A DNA stretch of 63,482 bases, the filler included, from Rhabdomonas costata (lineage: Eukaryota), in assembly GCA_019059605.1 (NCBI GenBank). It is 49 parts of 49 records of this genome, joined end to end, with 100 filler letters (N's around TTAATTAATTAA, not from the genome) between each part and the next. Parts side by side here need not be neighbours in the genome. Positions count along the whole stretch, not along the records: positions 49,315 to 50,511 come from JAHMHO010023990.1; positions 50,612 to 51,809 come from JAHMHO010023991.1; positions 51,910 to 53,106 come from JAHMHO010023992.1; positions 53,207 to 54,403 come from JAHMHO010023993.1; positions 54,504 to 55,701 come from JAHMHO010023994.1; positions 55,802 to 56,998 come from JAHMHO010023995.1; positions 57,099 to 58,295 come from JAHMHO010023996.1; positions 58,396 to 59,592 come from JAHMHO010023997.1; 41 more parts are not named here. The stretch is one strand, 5' to 3'. Shown piece by piece: positions 49,511-62,540 of this stretch. The notes under the pieces are model-generated. The model did no database searches, had not been told where the DNA came from, and saw only the letters and a list, made by a program, of their open reading frames with translations. The stretch's first letter is position 1. The number at the start of each line of letters is the position of its first letter. The position numbers and the translations under genes were made by a program.

Positions 49511-49616
49511 ACAGCAGTCCGTCCACGAGCATGGGGTGCTGGCGCACGAGGTCTGGTAGGGCACCAGTGAGTACCCCAGGCTGGCGCACGTCGACGAGGC
49601 AAAGTTACAGCACAGC
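49507..49616 (-). CDS. Cys-rich repeat exon
   Basis: CCNFASSTCASLGYSLVPYQTSCASTPCSWTDCCA, preceded by a T-rich tract and AG. Confidence 0.55.
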
Positions 49617-51909
49617 TGGGCTAAAAAAAACAGACAGGTGAGCTTCAACAGAACCGATGCAACCGACGGGGTGCGGGAGGATAACCTGAACAACCCAGGG
49701 ATAGCGCTTTCCTCAGTCCACTGCTACAGAGACACCAACGAGTACCAAACGGAACCCGCACAATATGCAACCGTGTTAACAACAAGGTTTGCGCTTCCAT
49801 GGATGCAAATCACGCTTCGGTAGAGAGCAGCTAACACCATACACCCCTCGATAATCACAAGAGCTGACCCACATTGACGCAGCAGTCAGTATCCGCTTTA
49901 ATAAAGTCTGAAGGGCACAGCTTAACTTTTGTACTCCCCCAAAGTTTTAGAGGATGTTGATGCCCCCGCAATTTACACAGGTTGGGGAGTCACGTATGGG
50001 GGGAGTACAAAAAGAAAGCTATGCCGTCTGAAGGTATCGTAGCGTAGCGATCGCCACCCGCCAGAAGGTAAAAACAGGTCAACAGGGGAAGGAGTGCAGA
50101 ATCATGAATTGGCTTCACAAAGTTTGCGCAGCAAAAGAAAAAAATTGAAATTTCAACGAGTACAAAATGGGACCACAAAAGCAACCAGTTCTCACAACGG
50201 ATAAACAACAACAACAACATTGATTTTCCGTTTCCACGAAAGCAAATCATGCTTTTGTCGGGTGCTACTTACGCCATATAACCCCTCATATAATCAGAGC
50301 TAACCCACACTGACATGGCAAAAGCTAACGCTTTAATTCGACGTTTGGAGGTAGAGCAGCTCAAAGGGGGAAGGGGTGCCTGATGCGCAGGCCTCAGCTA
50401 CAACATTGTTATGCATAGTGGTTCCTCAAAGGGGGCATGGGAACACAACAAAATCTGCTCTTCACAACACAGGAACAGACAAATCTGACGCATAAGCATG
50501 CCCTAAAAAACNNNNNNNNNNNNNNNNNNNNNNNNNNNNNNNNNNNNNNNNNNNNTTAATTAATTAANNNNNNNNNNNNNNNNNNNNNNNNNNNNNNNNN
50601 NNNNNNNNNNNGTCGTCAAATGGCAGCTGAAGAGTTGCTCAATGGTTGCTGGGGTGTCGTTTGCAGCACGCAGCGCGGCGAGTGAAGTTGGGTAGGTCAT
50701 TGCAAGTGACCGCAGGAAAGTATTTAAAAACGTAGTAAAGCTTCCAAGCTAAATTTGTTGTGTTCTTCCTTTTGCATAGATGTGGGGCGCCCGCCAGTCT
50801 CATGGACTGCAATTTGTCCCCGCCGGTCATGGGCTTTTAGCGCTCGCGGCACGTTGGAGACTAACTCAGTCCACTCCGGGGTCAGGGGCTTGAAGGTGCG
50901 CTGCACGTGGTTGGCCGCGGCCTTCGCTCCTCTTGGCTTAGGCTTGGCACCAACTCCCACCGCAGGGGCAGAGCGGAACGCCTCTAGGATTGCTTTCTGC
51001 AACACACACCCACATTCGCAACCACAACCACCGGCCCTTTGCCCACGTCCCACAAAGCCGTGCGGCAAGTGGGAGTAGGAGGGTTACTTGACTCCTCAGC
51101 AGGCACGTTGGTTCCCAGCAATAGTCCCAGACGATTACGTGGAGGTGGGCATCAACTATTGCTACTCCCACCATACCACCAAACAAGGCTGACACAAAAC
51201 CCGTCAAAGAACCAACCAGATCCCTTCAGAAGGGAAGAGCCTCACTCTAACTCAAAATGCTGCGTTCGAATGTGGTTTTACCTTCTCATCAAAGTCATTA
51301 ACTTTATACCACGTTCTCCCAATCAAACAGCACCGAGCTTCTCAAGTAGGAATGAGGAATGATTGTCACCTTCCAACTTCAAACACGCAGGTGGCATGCG
51401 AACAAACATATAGATGCACACCAATAGAAGAGGGTGATATTCCTTCGGGGACGAAAACCAAGGCACATGACGGACAAAAAAGCACGAAAATGCAATATAA
51501 ACTGGCAGACGCACGCGCACAAACGCACAGCGAGTACCATATCCTTCTCGACCTCTGCTTGAGGTACGGGACGGCCCTCGGGAAACCAAAACTTCGGAAT
51601 CAGCTCGGCCTGCTGGAGAACGAGTAAGCAAGTTAGCGTGAGCGCATTGACAGCTTCCTCAATTTTTCAGGCAAGGACCCTCGCGAAATCATAGCAACAC
51701 GACTGAAAAAGAGGAGCACGCGCAGACCCCTTTGGCCGTCACGTCCGAACGAACGCGCTCTGTATACCCTTGAAGCTGGTGAAACAGGGTAACTCTTAAC
51801 GAGGGCTGANNNNNNNNNNNNNNNNNNNNNNNNNNNNNNNNNNNNNNNNNNNNTTAATTAATTAANNNNNNNNNNNNNNNNNNNNNNNNNNNNNNNNNNN
51901 NNNNNNNNN

Positions 51910-52832
51910 TGCTCGCTGAGGCCCGGCGCTTTTCAGCCTCTCTCTCTTTCCTCGGAGTTGGTACTTTCGCGGGTGCGGGCGGTTCCTTCTGGACCTGCTC
52001 CGATCGTGAAGGTGAAGTCGCGCCGCTCTTTGCCGGAGGCTCCTGCTTGGTCTCAGGCGGTTTAATCAAAGCAGCGGAATCTAGCAAGGCAACTGGGGCC
52101 ACGGTGCATCTTTGAATGGGAAGTCGGAAGGATTTCGAAGCGTCAGCCGTGTCCACCACGGTGTCCCACACTCCAAGATCTTCATGGCGCAAGGGGTAAT
52201 TCTGTGCGTACACTTCGAGCTCAACTGTCCAATCTCTAGCAGGCGCATCGGTCGGGGAGCACTCTATCTGGACCTCCCAGCGCGACTCGCCCACGGTAAC
52301 TTCCCAGACGCCACCAGACGAACCCAGGGTCCATGTTGCTCCGAAGAGCTCCAGCTCGAACTGCAATGACTGCAGCGGAATCTCCTCGGGAACAGCCTCG
52401 GGCGCCGCCACAGTGGAAGGAGTAGCAGCCTGAGGTGTCTTGGACCCGGGGGGTGCAGGGGGTGAGGAGCTGTGGGATGCGACATCTGGGGCGCGTTGCC
52501 AGCTCGCGGCGTCTGCAACCCCAAGTCGATTGCTTGGGGCCGAGGTTCGAGAAGTAGGCGTTAGGGCATTCAACCCAGCACCGAGGACGGGCCGCGGCAC
52601 AGGTTCCCTGGGAAGCTTCCCGCTACGGGCCCTCGCGGACTTATCAAGGTCGATGGCTCGCGCCACAGCTGCAACTCGGCGACCTTCAACGAGACACTCC
52701 TGCAGCAACACGCACAGCCTCACGAGCTCTGAAACTTCGATATCGGCTCGCTGATCCTCTTCTACGGAGCAGAGCGCGGCTAGGTTGGTGTAGTAGAATC
52801 GCTTTTCCCTAAGTTTCCGGGAGCACTCCACA
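51910..52832 (-). CDS. Large exon (~307 codons) of an unknown protein with a Pro/Ser-rich linker and a beta-rich domain
   Basis: Longest stop-free frame in the window, GC-rich, preceded by AG; no family recognised. Confidence 0.65.
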
Positions 52833-53453
52833 CTTGCAACAATCGCATGGTGGATGTGTGAGTCATGGTCAAAGTACCCACATCGCAGAACGCAGCCCTA
52901 CCCACAAGCAAAAGAAACACACCGAGAATTAGAAATACATGTTACAAATGCGCTTCGATGTTGGTAACCAAGAGATCCGCCGCATCATCATTTTCTATTC
53001 TTGAATTGCGTAGGTTCCACGCTCATAACAAGCTACCTGTCTCTCTTGACCCAGTTTCAGCGCCCTTTACCCGCCAACTTCAGCACCACACTCAATCCAA
53101 CCAATCNNNNNNNNNNNNNNNNNNNNNNNNNNNNNNNNNNNNNNNNNNNNTTAATTAATTAANNNNNNNNNNNNNNNNNNNNNNNNNNNNNNNNNNNNNN
53201 NNNNNNGGTTTTTGGGCCCACAGCGCGTGGTAATGTTATGCTGGGACGTTGCCGACCTCTCCCGGAACTCCCCCGCACAAATATGGCTATCTTTCCCCCT
53301 ATGCATTTCCTTTTTTATGGGCAACGCCACTGTGCTTCCGTGGAGATATCTGGAACAGCGTACTGCTTCAGCGCGAAGACTTGCCCCCGCCTGTGCTTTC
53401 GTTGAACGGAGAAACCTGACTGAAAGTTTCTTCGAAGTAAATTGCCCAGACGA

Positions 53454-53535
53454 TGGGTGTGTATTTGTTATTTCCATCCTTTGCTTCAACTCGGTGGGTG
53501 TGTATTTGTTATTTCCATCCTTTGCTTCTACTCGG
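53454..53535. repeat. 41-bp tandem duplication
   Basis: TGGGTGTGTATTTGTTATTTCCATCCTTTGCTTC(A/T)ACTCGG twice. Confidence 0.9.
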
Positions 53536-55015
53536 TAATCTTAGATGAAAGGGCTCATGCGAAGTGGTGATACAAGGGGCGGATATCAAGCACTGATGGT
53601 TCAAGCATGCACAAACTCGTCCATTTTCCAAACTGGTCCAATTGGCGATACATGCCCCCAAGAGATGCACTGCGTGTCTGATGTAGACCGCACCGCAGTG
53701 TGCAGCCAAATGCGCATCCACATACACGCCGCTTCCCAAGCCTTTCCGTGCACTTGGTGTTTCGGCAGAGAGCCAGCCCCTGTTCCCGCCCCGCCGAGGA
53801 TGCCCTTCATTCCATTGCCGGGGGTGGTGCTTCCCGTCGTGGTTTCCGTTGCTCGGCCCTCTCCCTCGACCGCGGGCGTGCCGCTGCCGAGTCCTGGTGC
53901 GGCACTGCCTCTGGGAGGGTCTTGGCCCCCCGCCCAGCACCCCGGAGATGTCGCACCCTGCTCGCACTCCTCCAGCTGGAGGCGCCTTCGGGCGAAAAAG
54001 GTTGTTGGTGACTTGCACACTGGGGTGAGGTCCTCTTTGGGAGGGAGAGGGGGATCGTCACTTCAGACCTAGTGCAGATGTTTTGGCGGGATTACTTTGA
54101 GTCCCAGCGGCTCATATCGCCGTGGACCCTTTTATTGGCCTTTTATTTGGCGGTATGACCCAGCAGTCTTGAATGCTTTCTCAGGAAAGCACTTGCCAAC
54201 CTAATTCCGCGCGTAAGAAATTCCTTCACGGCCTTTACCAGTGCTCCAGACCACATTCTGGACACAGTTATGGCGACTGTGTGCACCAGAGAGCTTGGTT
54301 AATCACATTTTTCACAAAGCCAAGAGGTACCCCTCTCCCTCTCCCAATAAAAGTGCCAGTGAGGTTAGCAGTGTCTCAATTTTTCCACAGGGTCACACAC
54401 ACANNNNNNNNNNNNNNNNNNNNNNNNNNNNNNNNNNNNNNNNNNNNTTAATTAATTAANNNNNNNNNNNNNNNNNNNNNNNNNNNNNNNNNNNNNNNNN
54501 NNNTGTGGTTGGGTGAGTTTGGGTGGGGTTTTGCCGCGCTGGGGCCCCTGAGTGGTGCCGCCCTTCTGCAGGTTTGCGAGCGCAGAATGTGGGCAAGTGC
54601 GATGACCGTGGAAGTGTGCGTTTTTTATCGTCTCAAAGGTTTGCTAGTTCCAGCACGCACGCAACGATCGATTCCCACCACTGAAAATAAAAAGTTCACT
54701 GGCCCCGGCGCCCCAAATGTATGTGCTCAGCACAAGCCGTTAGTTCTTGGAAACGGAAACTTTGTAACGTCGAGCGTAATGGGTGCCAGCTCGGAAGATG
54801 CGTGAGCGAGCGAGCGAGCGAGAGAGAGAGTTCCCAACCAACTTATGTCCCCAGCCAGTTACCTGCTGGCCCCTATGTTCCACAGGGGTTGGGCCAGTGT
54901 TGCCTTCAGCCTAGCTCCTCATCGAGAGACCAGCATGATAGACTGTCATTTGGTTTTGAGCCGACTTGGGTGCCTGACAGTATCCATACCGGTGTTCATC
55001 CTTCACACCCAACTC

Positions 55016-55040
55016 TGTGTGTGTGTGTGTGTGTGTGTGT
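55016..55040. repeat. (TG)n microsatellite
   Basis: Seen directly. Confidence 0.9.
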
Positions 55041-56184
55041 TTGCGTGCAAGGCCTCGGTGTGGAGCCCGAAAGATGTGGAGGACACAAAAGCCACTTAAT
55101 GAGTTGACGGCAATAAGGATCCCGATGAGGTTGAACACAAGAGGAGCCTCACTCATGAAACCCATACCCAAATCGAGAACTTCGGCCTCACCGGCATCCT
55201 CGAGACCCCGCCCATCCCCCCACCACCATGCGCGGAAACGTGCCCCTCCAAGATGATCACAAAAAGGCGGGTCTGATGCATTTGGTGCGGAAGCAGCTGG
55301 GAGGGGAGGGGAGGGTGGCGGTGAGCGCTCTTCACCGTTCACCTGGTGTAACCGGTGAGGTACAAAACCAGGCTGGTGGGTTCCGACCCCCCCACGGTTG
55401 GATTGTTTTTGGATTGCCTTTGCCATGAATATTCGAAAAGTTCTCTCAGACAACATGGCCGCCTGAAATCTTCCATCAAAATACAACCACGAAATCGGTT
55501 CTGTATAACCCACCACTCCACCAGGAATGCCTTGGAAAGGCTCAGAAATACAAGGGTACCCCTCACCGTGAGGATGCTCGAGGGCGTGTGGCACGGCAAG
55601 GCGAATGCCTTGGTCTTGTGCTAACAATATGGTAAACAACACACTCACATACGTCCCCACACTCACGTGTGCATTGCGTGGGCTGTGTCTGTAGGTGTGG
55701 CNNNNNNNNNNNNNNNNNNNNNNNNNNNNNNNNNNNNNNNNNNNNTTAATTAATTAANNNNNNNNNNNNNNNNNNNNNNNNNNNNNNNNNNNNNNNNNNN
55801 NTGTGGGGGTTCCCCCCCTTTCTCCTCCGGAAGGCCCGGAAGGTTTTATGGATTTGGGTTTGCACCGGTGTTTATTCTCATCCGTGTAGCTAGGAATATT
55901 GCTTTTAAGGGCTCATTTAACTTCTAAACTGGTGGTCAGCTCACAGTTTTTTTGGGGGTATTTCAAGTAGAGGAAAATTAGTTCAACTGTGCAAGCGACC
56001 CAAAATATTGCTTTTTAGAATATCAAACGTGCACCAGACTCTCTCCCCATACTGATTCCAAATTAATGGTCAACCTCCACCGAAGTATATTTGGATGAGT
56101 TGTATCTGCAGATAGATAAATGCAAGGGAAGCGTCTCAATGAGGGGCTTCCGAATCACTCCGTGGCAGGAAAAAAAGTACACAC

Positions 56185-56578
56185 CCCGATCTGACAACGG
56201 GCAGAGCTGGGGGAACCGTCCTCCGCTCCATACGGCCAGAGACAGCCGCCGCCGCGGGTGCAGCAGTAGCAGTGGTGGTGGTGGTGGCGGAGGAGGTGGC
56301 GGCGGCAGTGGCGCCATTGGTGCCAGCGCGCCATGCCCATCAGCGTCGTCTCTGCTTTGCCTGTTCGTGATCAGTGCAGCGGGGGAATCGCCGCTAGAAA
56401 GGGTAAAAATGACTGAGGGGCTTCCTGGCGCAGCCCTGGGGGTGGGCACGGAGAGTCTGCTCAGAGTGAGGGTCTCCCCTGTTCTGGGGCCGTATAGCAT
56501 CCAGGCCACCACCAGGGCCAGGGCTGTATTCACGCCAAACCGGAGCAGCTGCCCCCAGAAGCTGCTCAGCTGAGGCAT
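56185..56578 (-). CDS. First exon of a type II membrane protein (signal anchor plus poly-Pro stem; glycosyltransferase-like topology)
   Basis: MPQLSSFWGQLLRFGVNTALALVVAWMLYG followed by a Pro-rich stem; GT donor. Confidence 0.5.
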
Positions 56579-57572
56579 AGCTTCCCCCTTCAAGTGGGGT
56601 GCACAAAGGCAGTCAGAGCCTCACCCACAATTCGCAAATGCCGATCCCACACCAGCATGCCTCCTCCCACCGTCCTTTCCTTCACACAGGCCCAAGGCGC
56701 TGGCGTACGGACGGAGCCCTGAGGCCAACAACTCACACTGAACAACACACTCCCGCACGCCGCAAAGCCTCAAATGCAAAGAAATCGAAGGGAAGGGGGA
56801 TTGCGAATCGACCAGGAGAGAAAGCAAAAAAGGTGAACAGGCAAGCAAAAAACGCTTGACGGGCTGCCAGGGAGAAGAAAGACCGTTAGTGGCCAATATC
56901 TCTATTCTCGATACCTCATCATCTCCACTCACGCATGCATTCGATGATTCGAGAAAAATACGGACTAGCAAAGACCACGTAGCTCCCCCCAAACACCCNN
57001 NNNNNNNNNNNNNNNNNNNNNNNNNNNNNNNNNNNNNNNNNNTTAATTAATTAANNNNNNNNNNNNNNNNNNNNNNNNNNNNNNNNNNNNNNNNNNNNTG
57101 TGGGGTGTATGAAGCGCCCCCCCCCCCATGCATGCGCTTCATACATCATACACACTTCAGACCGGGGCTGCAATGGGGCAGCGGGATGACAATAGCCCGA
57201 GACGCATGAGGTAGAAAGGAAATTAGAGGTGGTGAGCAGGTGCTCCGAAGGTACCTTCAGCGGTCACCCACCTATTGCCACAACAGCGCGTGCCCCGCCG
57301 GTCCACTGAGTAATGCGATATTTGGGGCGGCAGGCTCTGACCTCTCAATAACCTGTCGATGATCAATGAAACAAATGTGGGCATTATTTGTTGGAGACGC
57401 TGAAGCTTCTCCTCTTTCTGCCTCGGTTTAACAATGCTCATGCTGTCTTTCTCTCGCCACACTGTTTTGGTGTGGTGAGACGGGCCGTGGGTCCGCTGGC
57501 TGGATCCTTTGCCATCCCTTAACGTTAGTGTGTGCGTGTGTATGGATGTGTGGACATATATTCGACACATAG

Positions 57573-57735
57573 CCCACGCTGGTGGAGGACCTGGCTGACC
57601 TCTGCGTCGCGATTGCGCCGTTTGGGGTGGCCGACATCATCGTCTCCGAGTCCGACCGCGGCGGGGGCCCCCGAACCCACGCCTGTGCAGTGCGCACGGG
57701 GCAGCCCTACTGCTTGGCCAGCTGGTACTCCGCGG
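57573..57735 (+). CDS. Internal exon of an unknown protein
   Basis: TAG acceptor, PTLVEDLADLCVAIAPFGVADIIVSES...YCLASWYSA, GT donor. Confidence 0.5.
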
Positions 57736-58879
57736 GTATTACAGCCCCCCGACGCTATCCCTCAGTCACCTGGAACAATTGTTCAGAAGGCGCCGTTTAT
57801 CCGCATTTGGGTGCACCCCATTGGAGGTGTCCAGGAATAAATGTACGAACGCCCTGAGCTTCAGGATAACAGCTTGGCATTCCAAAAATGGCGTGTAGCT
57901 GAAACTAAGGTCATTTTCGACTTCAGAAACGTCGGGGGCCACAAAAAGCGCCCCCTCCTTTGACCGCACGTTAGTATTCACCAGACGTCAGCATTCAGAT
58001 CGGTGGGATATTCACAAGTGGTTGAGATGGAAAATGGAAAAGGATGGTGCATATGCACAGAACGCCAGCGCAGGGAGCTGTCTGCTCTTTAATCTTTAAT
58101 CTTTAATTTAATGTGGTTGTTCCTTAGCTGAAATCAAACTCTGCCCTGGGGTGCCCCCCCCGGGGGGGTTGCACGGAGTTGCATGAAGCACAGCGCGTTG
58201 ATCACGGTCGAAGTGTGGATTGAGTGGCAGGCAGATCGGGGCGGGAGAACCAAGAGGCAAGGCGAGCACCACAAACCCCAACCACCCCCGACACANNNNN
58301 NNNNNNNNNNNNNNNNNNNNNNNNNNNNNNNNNNNNNNNTTAATTAATTAANNNNNNNNNNNNNNNNNNNNNNNNNNNNNNNNNNNNNNNNNNNNGGTGG
58401 TTTGTCCCATAGGACAAGATATTTCTTCTCGGAGGTGGTTAGGAAGCCTTGCCCGTGTCCCCTAGAACAAGGGTCACTGCGAAAGTTATGCCGAATAAAT
58501 ATACAATTAAAATAAAATATGGCGATTCTCAGTTATGTGCACCCCATCTCTCTACTCAGGCTATGTGCAACCCCCCTCTAGCAGCTGAGTTTTTTCGGCG
58601 CCGAAAAAATGTCCTGGACTGCAGTCGACGTGGATGCTATCCTTGAATTCCCGCACAACATGATCCGGTGGTTGCAAAAGGAGAACCGAACATTGGGTTC
58701 CGTCTGTCTGGACACGGGTGGTATCACCAGAACAAAGGCCAAGGCCTGAAATTGTCCCACACGGGGTTGCCCACAAACGAAGGAAGGTTCCGCTTGGGGG
58801 AACTGGGGATCTTCCGAGCCATCTACTGCCAGCTAGTGTCATCAAAAACCAGACCACCCCCACAGTGGCACGCAGCAAC

Positions 58880-59372
58880 CTGCTCTCGCTTTCCGAGAGG
58901 GGTGAGGTTCGGGTTGAACGCGGCGCTGCTGCTCTGCGCAAGAACGTCGGGCGGCCTTGCCCCTGCATCAGCCCACGAAAACAGTCGTACTCATGGAAAA
59001 GATTCCGCTTCTGATAATAGTTGCCATAGTGAAGCCAGAAACTAAGATTTGTTCAAAGGTGAATGACCTAGCGAAACAACGGTAACAACATCCACGTGCT
59101 CAAACAACTAGCTTCCGATCGTGAAGGGAAGCGCACCAAAAGGCCAAAAATGCACTTCGTTCCAAAAGATGCCCCGAGTGGAGTTTGTCTGCACATTTTG
59201 CTCATTACAAGGCAGAGACAAAGATCCAAAGACCCAAAGTATCCCTCCCCCAAACAGCCGCACCCGACGCGGCTTCTGCTTGACGTCGCTTGAGCATGCT
59301 TCGGGCCCGCATGATGCTGCGGATCTTCTCCGCCTTCTGAGCGATAGTGCCGGGATCCACGAAGTGGAAAGT
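58880..59372 (-). CDS. PRP3: U4/U6 snRNP protein Prp3-like; exons 59264-59372 and 58880-58962
   Basis: TFHFVDPGTIAQKAEKIR... joined in phase 1 to ...AFNPNLTPLGKR; resembles the Prp3 'F.F.E.G....A..' and 'NPNL' motifs. Confidence 0.5.
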
Positions 59373-60129
59373 CTGTGAAGGAAGGAAACCCGTGAGCAGG
59401 CAGGAGCTCGACAGGGGTAACTGCCGAGGCAAACCCCTGGGAAAAAAGTATCGACAAAGGAACAAACACTGGCAACAATCGTTACAACTGGTCAAGAGCC
59501 TAATCTGTGTAATGTCCCTTATACACAGAGCCAACTTTTGTAAATCTTTGCCCATCCCCCCCCCTCCTTCTTGCCAGGACAACCACCCACAANNNNNNNN
59601 NNNNNNNNNNNNNNNNNNNNNNNNNNNNNNNNNNNNTTAATTAATTAANNNNNNNNNNNNNNNNNNNNNNNNNNNNNNNNNNNNNNNNNNNNGGTTGGTG
59701 TTGCTTTTGGGGCGCATGACCACGAAAATCCCCCACTCCCCACTCCCCTCAGGCAACGTTCCCACCTCAGCCACCCGCTCGGGCTGCTGACCTTCGCCAC
59801 AAAAAAGGGAAACGTTGATCGACCTTCCCGGACAAATGCACCAAATGAGATTCTAACAAACACCAGAAATACGGAGAAATACGGAAGAGAAAAGGTACCC
59901 AAAACAACATGTCCAGTATTGTAGCACACCATTCAACGTTGCTAAACCGTTTAACTCCCCCCCCCCATATGTGTAGAAAACCGAAATTTCGTTGCAGAGT
60001 TTGGCAAAACCAAGGTTGCCCGTTGCCCGCACGGAAGTGATCCCATTGGCGCTCGGGTCACCCCCAAAACGACAAAAGCAAAAACAGAGCCGGCCGTATG
60101 CAGGCACAAACCAACCACATATTTGAAAC

Positions 60130-60660
60130 CTCATGGTGGGGACCGCGATAATCCTCCACTTCAGGTTCAGTTCCACCAGCCCGGCCTGCATCTCCATCGC
60201 CGCCCCTACCGCGGCCTCTTCGTGGCGCTCCACTGGCCGCGGAGCGTTCCACAGTGCCATAATGCAGTCCCCAATGAACTGAGCCCAAAAGGAAGGAGAC
60301 AGCAAACACCAAATCGTGGAAAGAAAGGATCGCCTGAAAAAATACAGGAGGACAACGCTCTATGAGGAGCTCATCACAAATGCAGATTACTACCACGTGA
60401 TTGCAAAAAACGAAAGGTTACAGCAGGGAAGCTCATCTCCAGGCACAGCTCGCCAGGAGTATCTTTCTGCGTCTGGTCACAGCGTGAGCAAAGCAATGAG
60501 AGGTGCAAGCCCAGGGGTTCGGAATGGCGCCCATACCTTGTCCAGGGTTCCATTAAAGTCCACAATAATCTTGCACATCACCTGAAGGTACTCCTGGGTG
60601 ACCTGCATAAGCCGGTCCGGAGCAATCCGTTCAGAAATTGTGCTGAAGCCCACGATGTCC
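60130..60660 (-). CDS. Class III adenylate cyclase catalytic domain; exons 60537-60660 and 60130-60278
   Basis: DIVGFSTISE...NGTLDK-FIGDCIMALWNAP...HEEAAVGAAMEMQ; both metal-binding Asp residues and the ATP-specifying Lys are present. Confidence 0.93.
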
Positions 60661-61000
60661 CTGGCGGCCGAGCGAGAAAAGAAGTACCGCAACTCGACAA
60701 GCAAACCCCGATCCAATTTAATCCAATTTTGCAATAGGCAATGATATACGCAACAAAGAAGAGCGCCGTTCGCCACCGGCGCCAGCGCCAAGCAGCCCCG
60801 GGTGACTTTGGTTTCCATTTTTCAGAGTTTTTGTTCATCCACGTCACCTCACGTCATCCCATCTCTCAGCCGCCCCCCCCCCCACACCNNNNNNNNNNNN
60901 NNNNNNNNNNNNNNNNNNNNNNNNNNNNNNNNTTAATTAATTAANNNNNNNNNNNNNNNNNNNNNNNNNNNNNNNNNNNNNNNNNNNNGGGGGGGGGTTT

Positions 61001-61053
61001 GGAATGCGGACGGCTCGGCTTATGGAATGCGGACGGCTCGGCTTATGGAATGC
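61001..61053. repeat. 23-bp tandem repeat (~2.3 copies)
   Basis: GGAATGCGGACGGCTCGGCTTAT twice plus a partial copy. Confidence 0.85.
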
Positions 61054-61916
61054 AGTCGATCTTTACAAAAGAGACGGAGAGGAAGGATGTTCATATGTTG
61101 TGGGGAAGTATTATATGAAGGCAGCTGTCCACGTCCGTCCTCGGTCCTACAACATCAGTGACCTGCAGCCGGCAATAGAAGGATACCTGTGAGATCCCAA
61201 ATGACTTTGATTTGACAAAAGAACGATGACACCGAGAACACACCGAGAACCGACCCCCCGAAGGAGCGGAGAACCAAACATGGAAACACGAAAACCACAC
61301 ACCATAAACCCACGCGGAAATTCACACCCACTCGAAATCTCACACCTCACGAAATCTGAACCACCACCAAATCCACACCCCACCACTCAAGACCACTACA
61401 GACATAAAGCAAGATCACCGCACAGACACTCCACGCAAACCCTCACACGCCGACCTCACAACCCAACTCTGCACAACACCAGACCCACTCACGCTAAAGG
61501 CCAAATCCATGCACACGCTCAACCCTACGCACCCCCCAACCCAGATCCTGCACACGCTCCAACATCACCAACACCAGCCTGACGGTGCCCTCACACACCC
61601 ACGCGCACCCTATCTCTCTCTCCGCCGTTCTCGTTCTCCCGTTAAGTGTTGTCGCACAGCGAGGATTCGCCGTAAAAACGGCACTTATGGTTCTGCGGAT
61701 TGGCGGAAGGTCAGCTGTTGAGCTGTGGTGGTGGGGTGTCGCTATGCATTTTCACAGCAATCAGAACAAGGAGCCAAAAAAATCCGTAAAGTGCATGTGC
61801 TGTCTTTTGACGCCTTTGATGGGGAGGAGAGGAGTAACCTGGAACCGGACAGAGGGACTGAGGGGCGAGGGGATCCCGAGACAACGTACCGAACTTGCCT
61901 CCATTTTTACTCGCAG

Positions 61917-62023
61917 GCCCGCTTCGAGGCTTCTGCGCCGCGGAGCTACGCCCAGAAGCTCTACGAGCAGGCCGGGCTGGACCTACCGGCGGACCAGCGG
62001 ACCAAGTTTCTCGAGGACAACAG
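61917..62023 (+). CDS. Internal exon of an unknown protein
   Basis: CAG/GT borders; ARFEASAPRSYAQKLYEQAGLDLPADQRTKFLEDN with GC-rich third codon positions. Confidence 0.55.
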
Positions 62024-62392
62024 GTCCGTCCCAAGTTTCCCCCTTCAGCTTGCACACCGCCTTCCACAAGTCCGAAAGAACACACAAGGGGTCAACCAAC
62101 TCATCTGAGGAATACTACCGTCCCACCCAAAATGAGCCCCAACCCGCCACAAGTTATTAAACCCATGTTAGGTCTCCGGTCCGGGNNNNNNNNNNNNNNN
62201 NNNNNNNNNNNNNNNNNNNNNNNNNNNNNTTAATTAATTAANNNNNNNNNNNNNNNNNNNNNNNNNNNNNNNNNNNNNNNNNNNNGGGGGTTTAGTCCAA
62301 CACTGACTCGCGAGGGGAAAGAGGAGCAAAAACGTGGAATCACCAACTATTTCAGGATCCTAGATAGATCTGAATTTAGGGGGGGGGGGCAC

Positions 62393-62540
62393 CTTGGATC
62401 ATCTTTTCCAGGGAGAGCTGCCCCGCCTTGCGCCCGCCGCTGGCCATAGATTTGAACACCCCGTGCAGCTTCAGAATAGTCTCGGCGCTTAGGTTGTTGT
62501 GGCGCTGCAGGAACACCACGTCGGACTCGCTCAGTGCGCT
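62393..62540 (-). CDS. EF-hand protein N-terminal exon (NCS/calcineurin-B-like)
   Basis: SALSESDVVFLQRHNNLSAETILKLHGVFKSM...GQLSLEKM resembles the 'L...T..S.EEI..L...F' segment that precedes EF1. Confidence 0.55.

Noticed and set aside
54911..55666. 251-aa minus-strand ORF and a kinase-like 'QIENFGL' string on the plus strand
   Set aside because: The ORF runs through a microsatellite, no other kinase motifs are present, and exon frames could not be resolved
1199..62285. Regularly spaced TTAATTAATTAA repeat resembling an array or CRISPR
   Set aside because: It is an artificial six-frame-stop linker embedded in N runs
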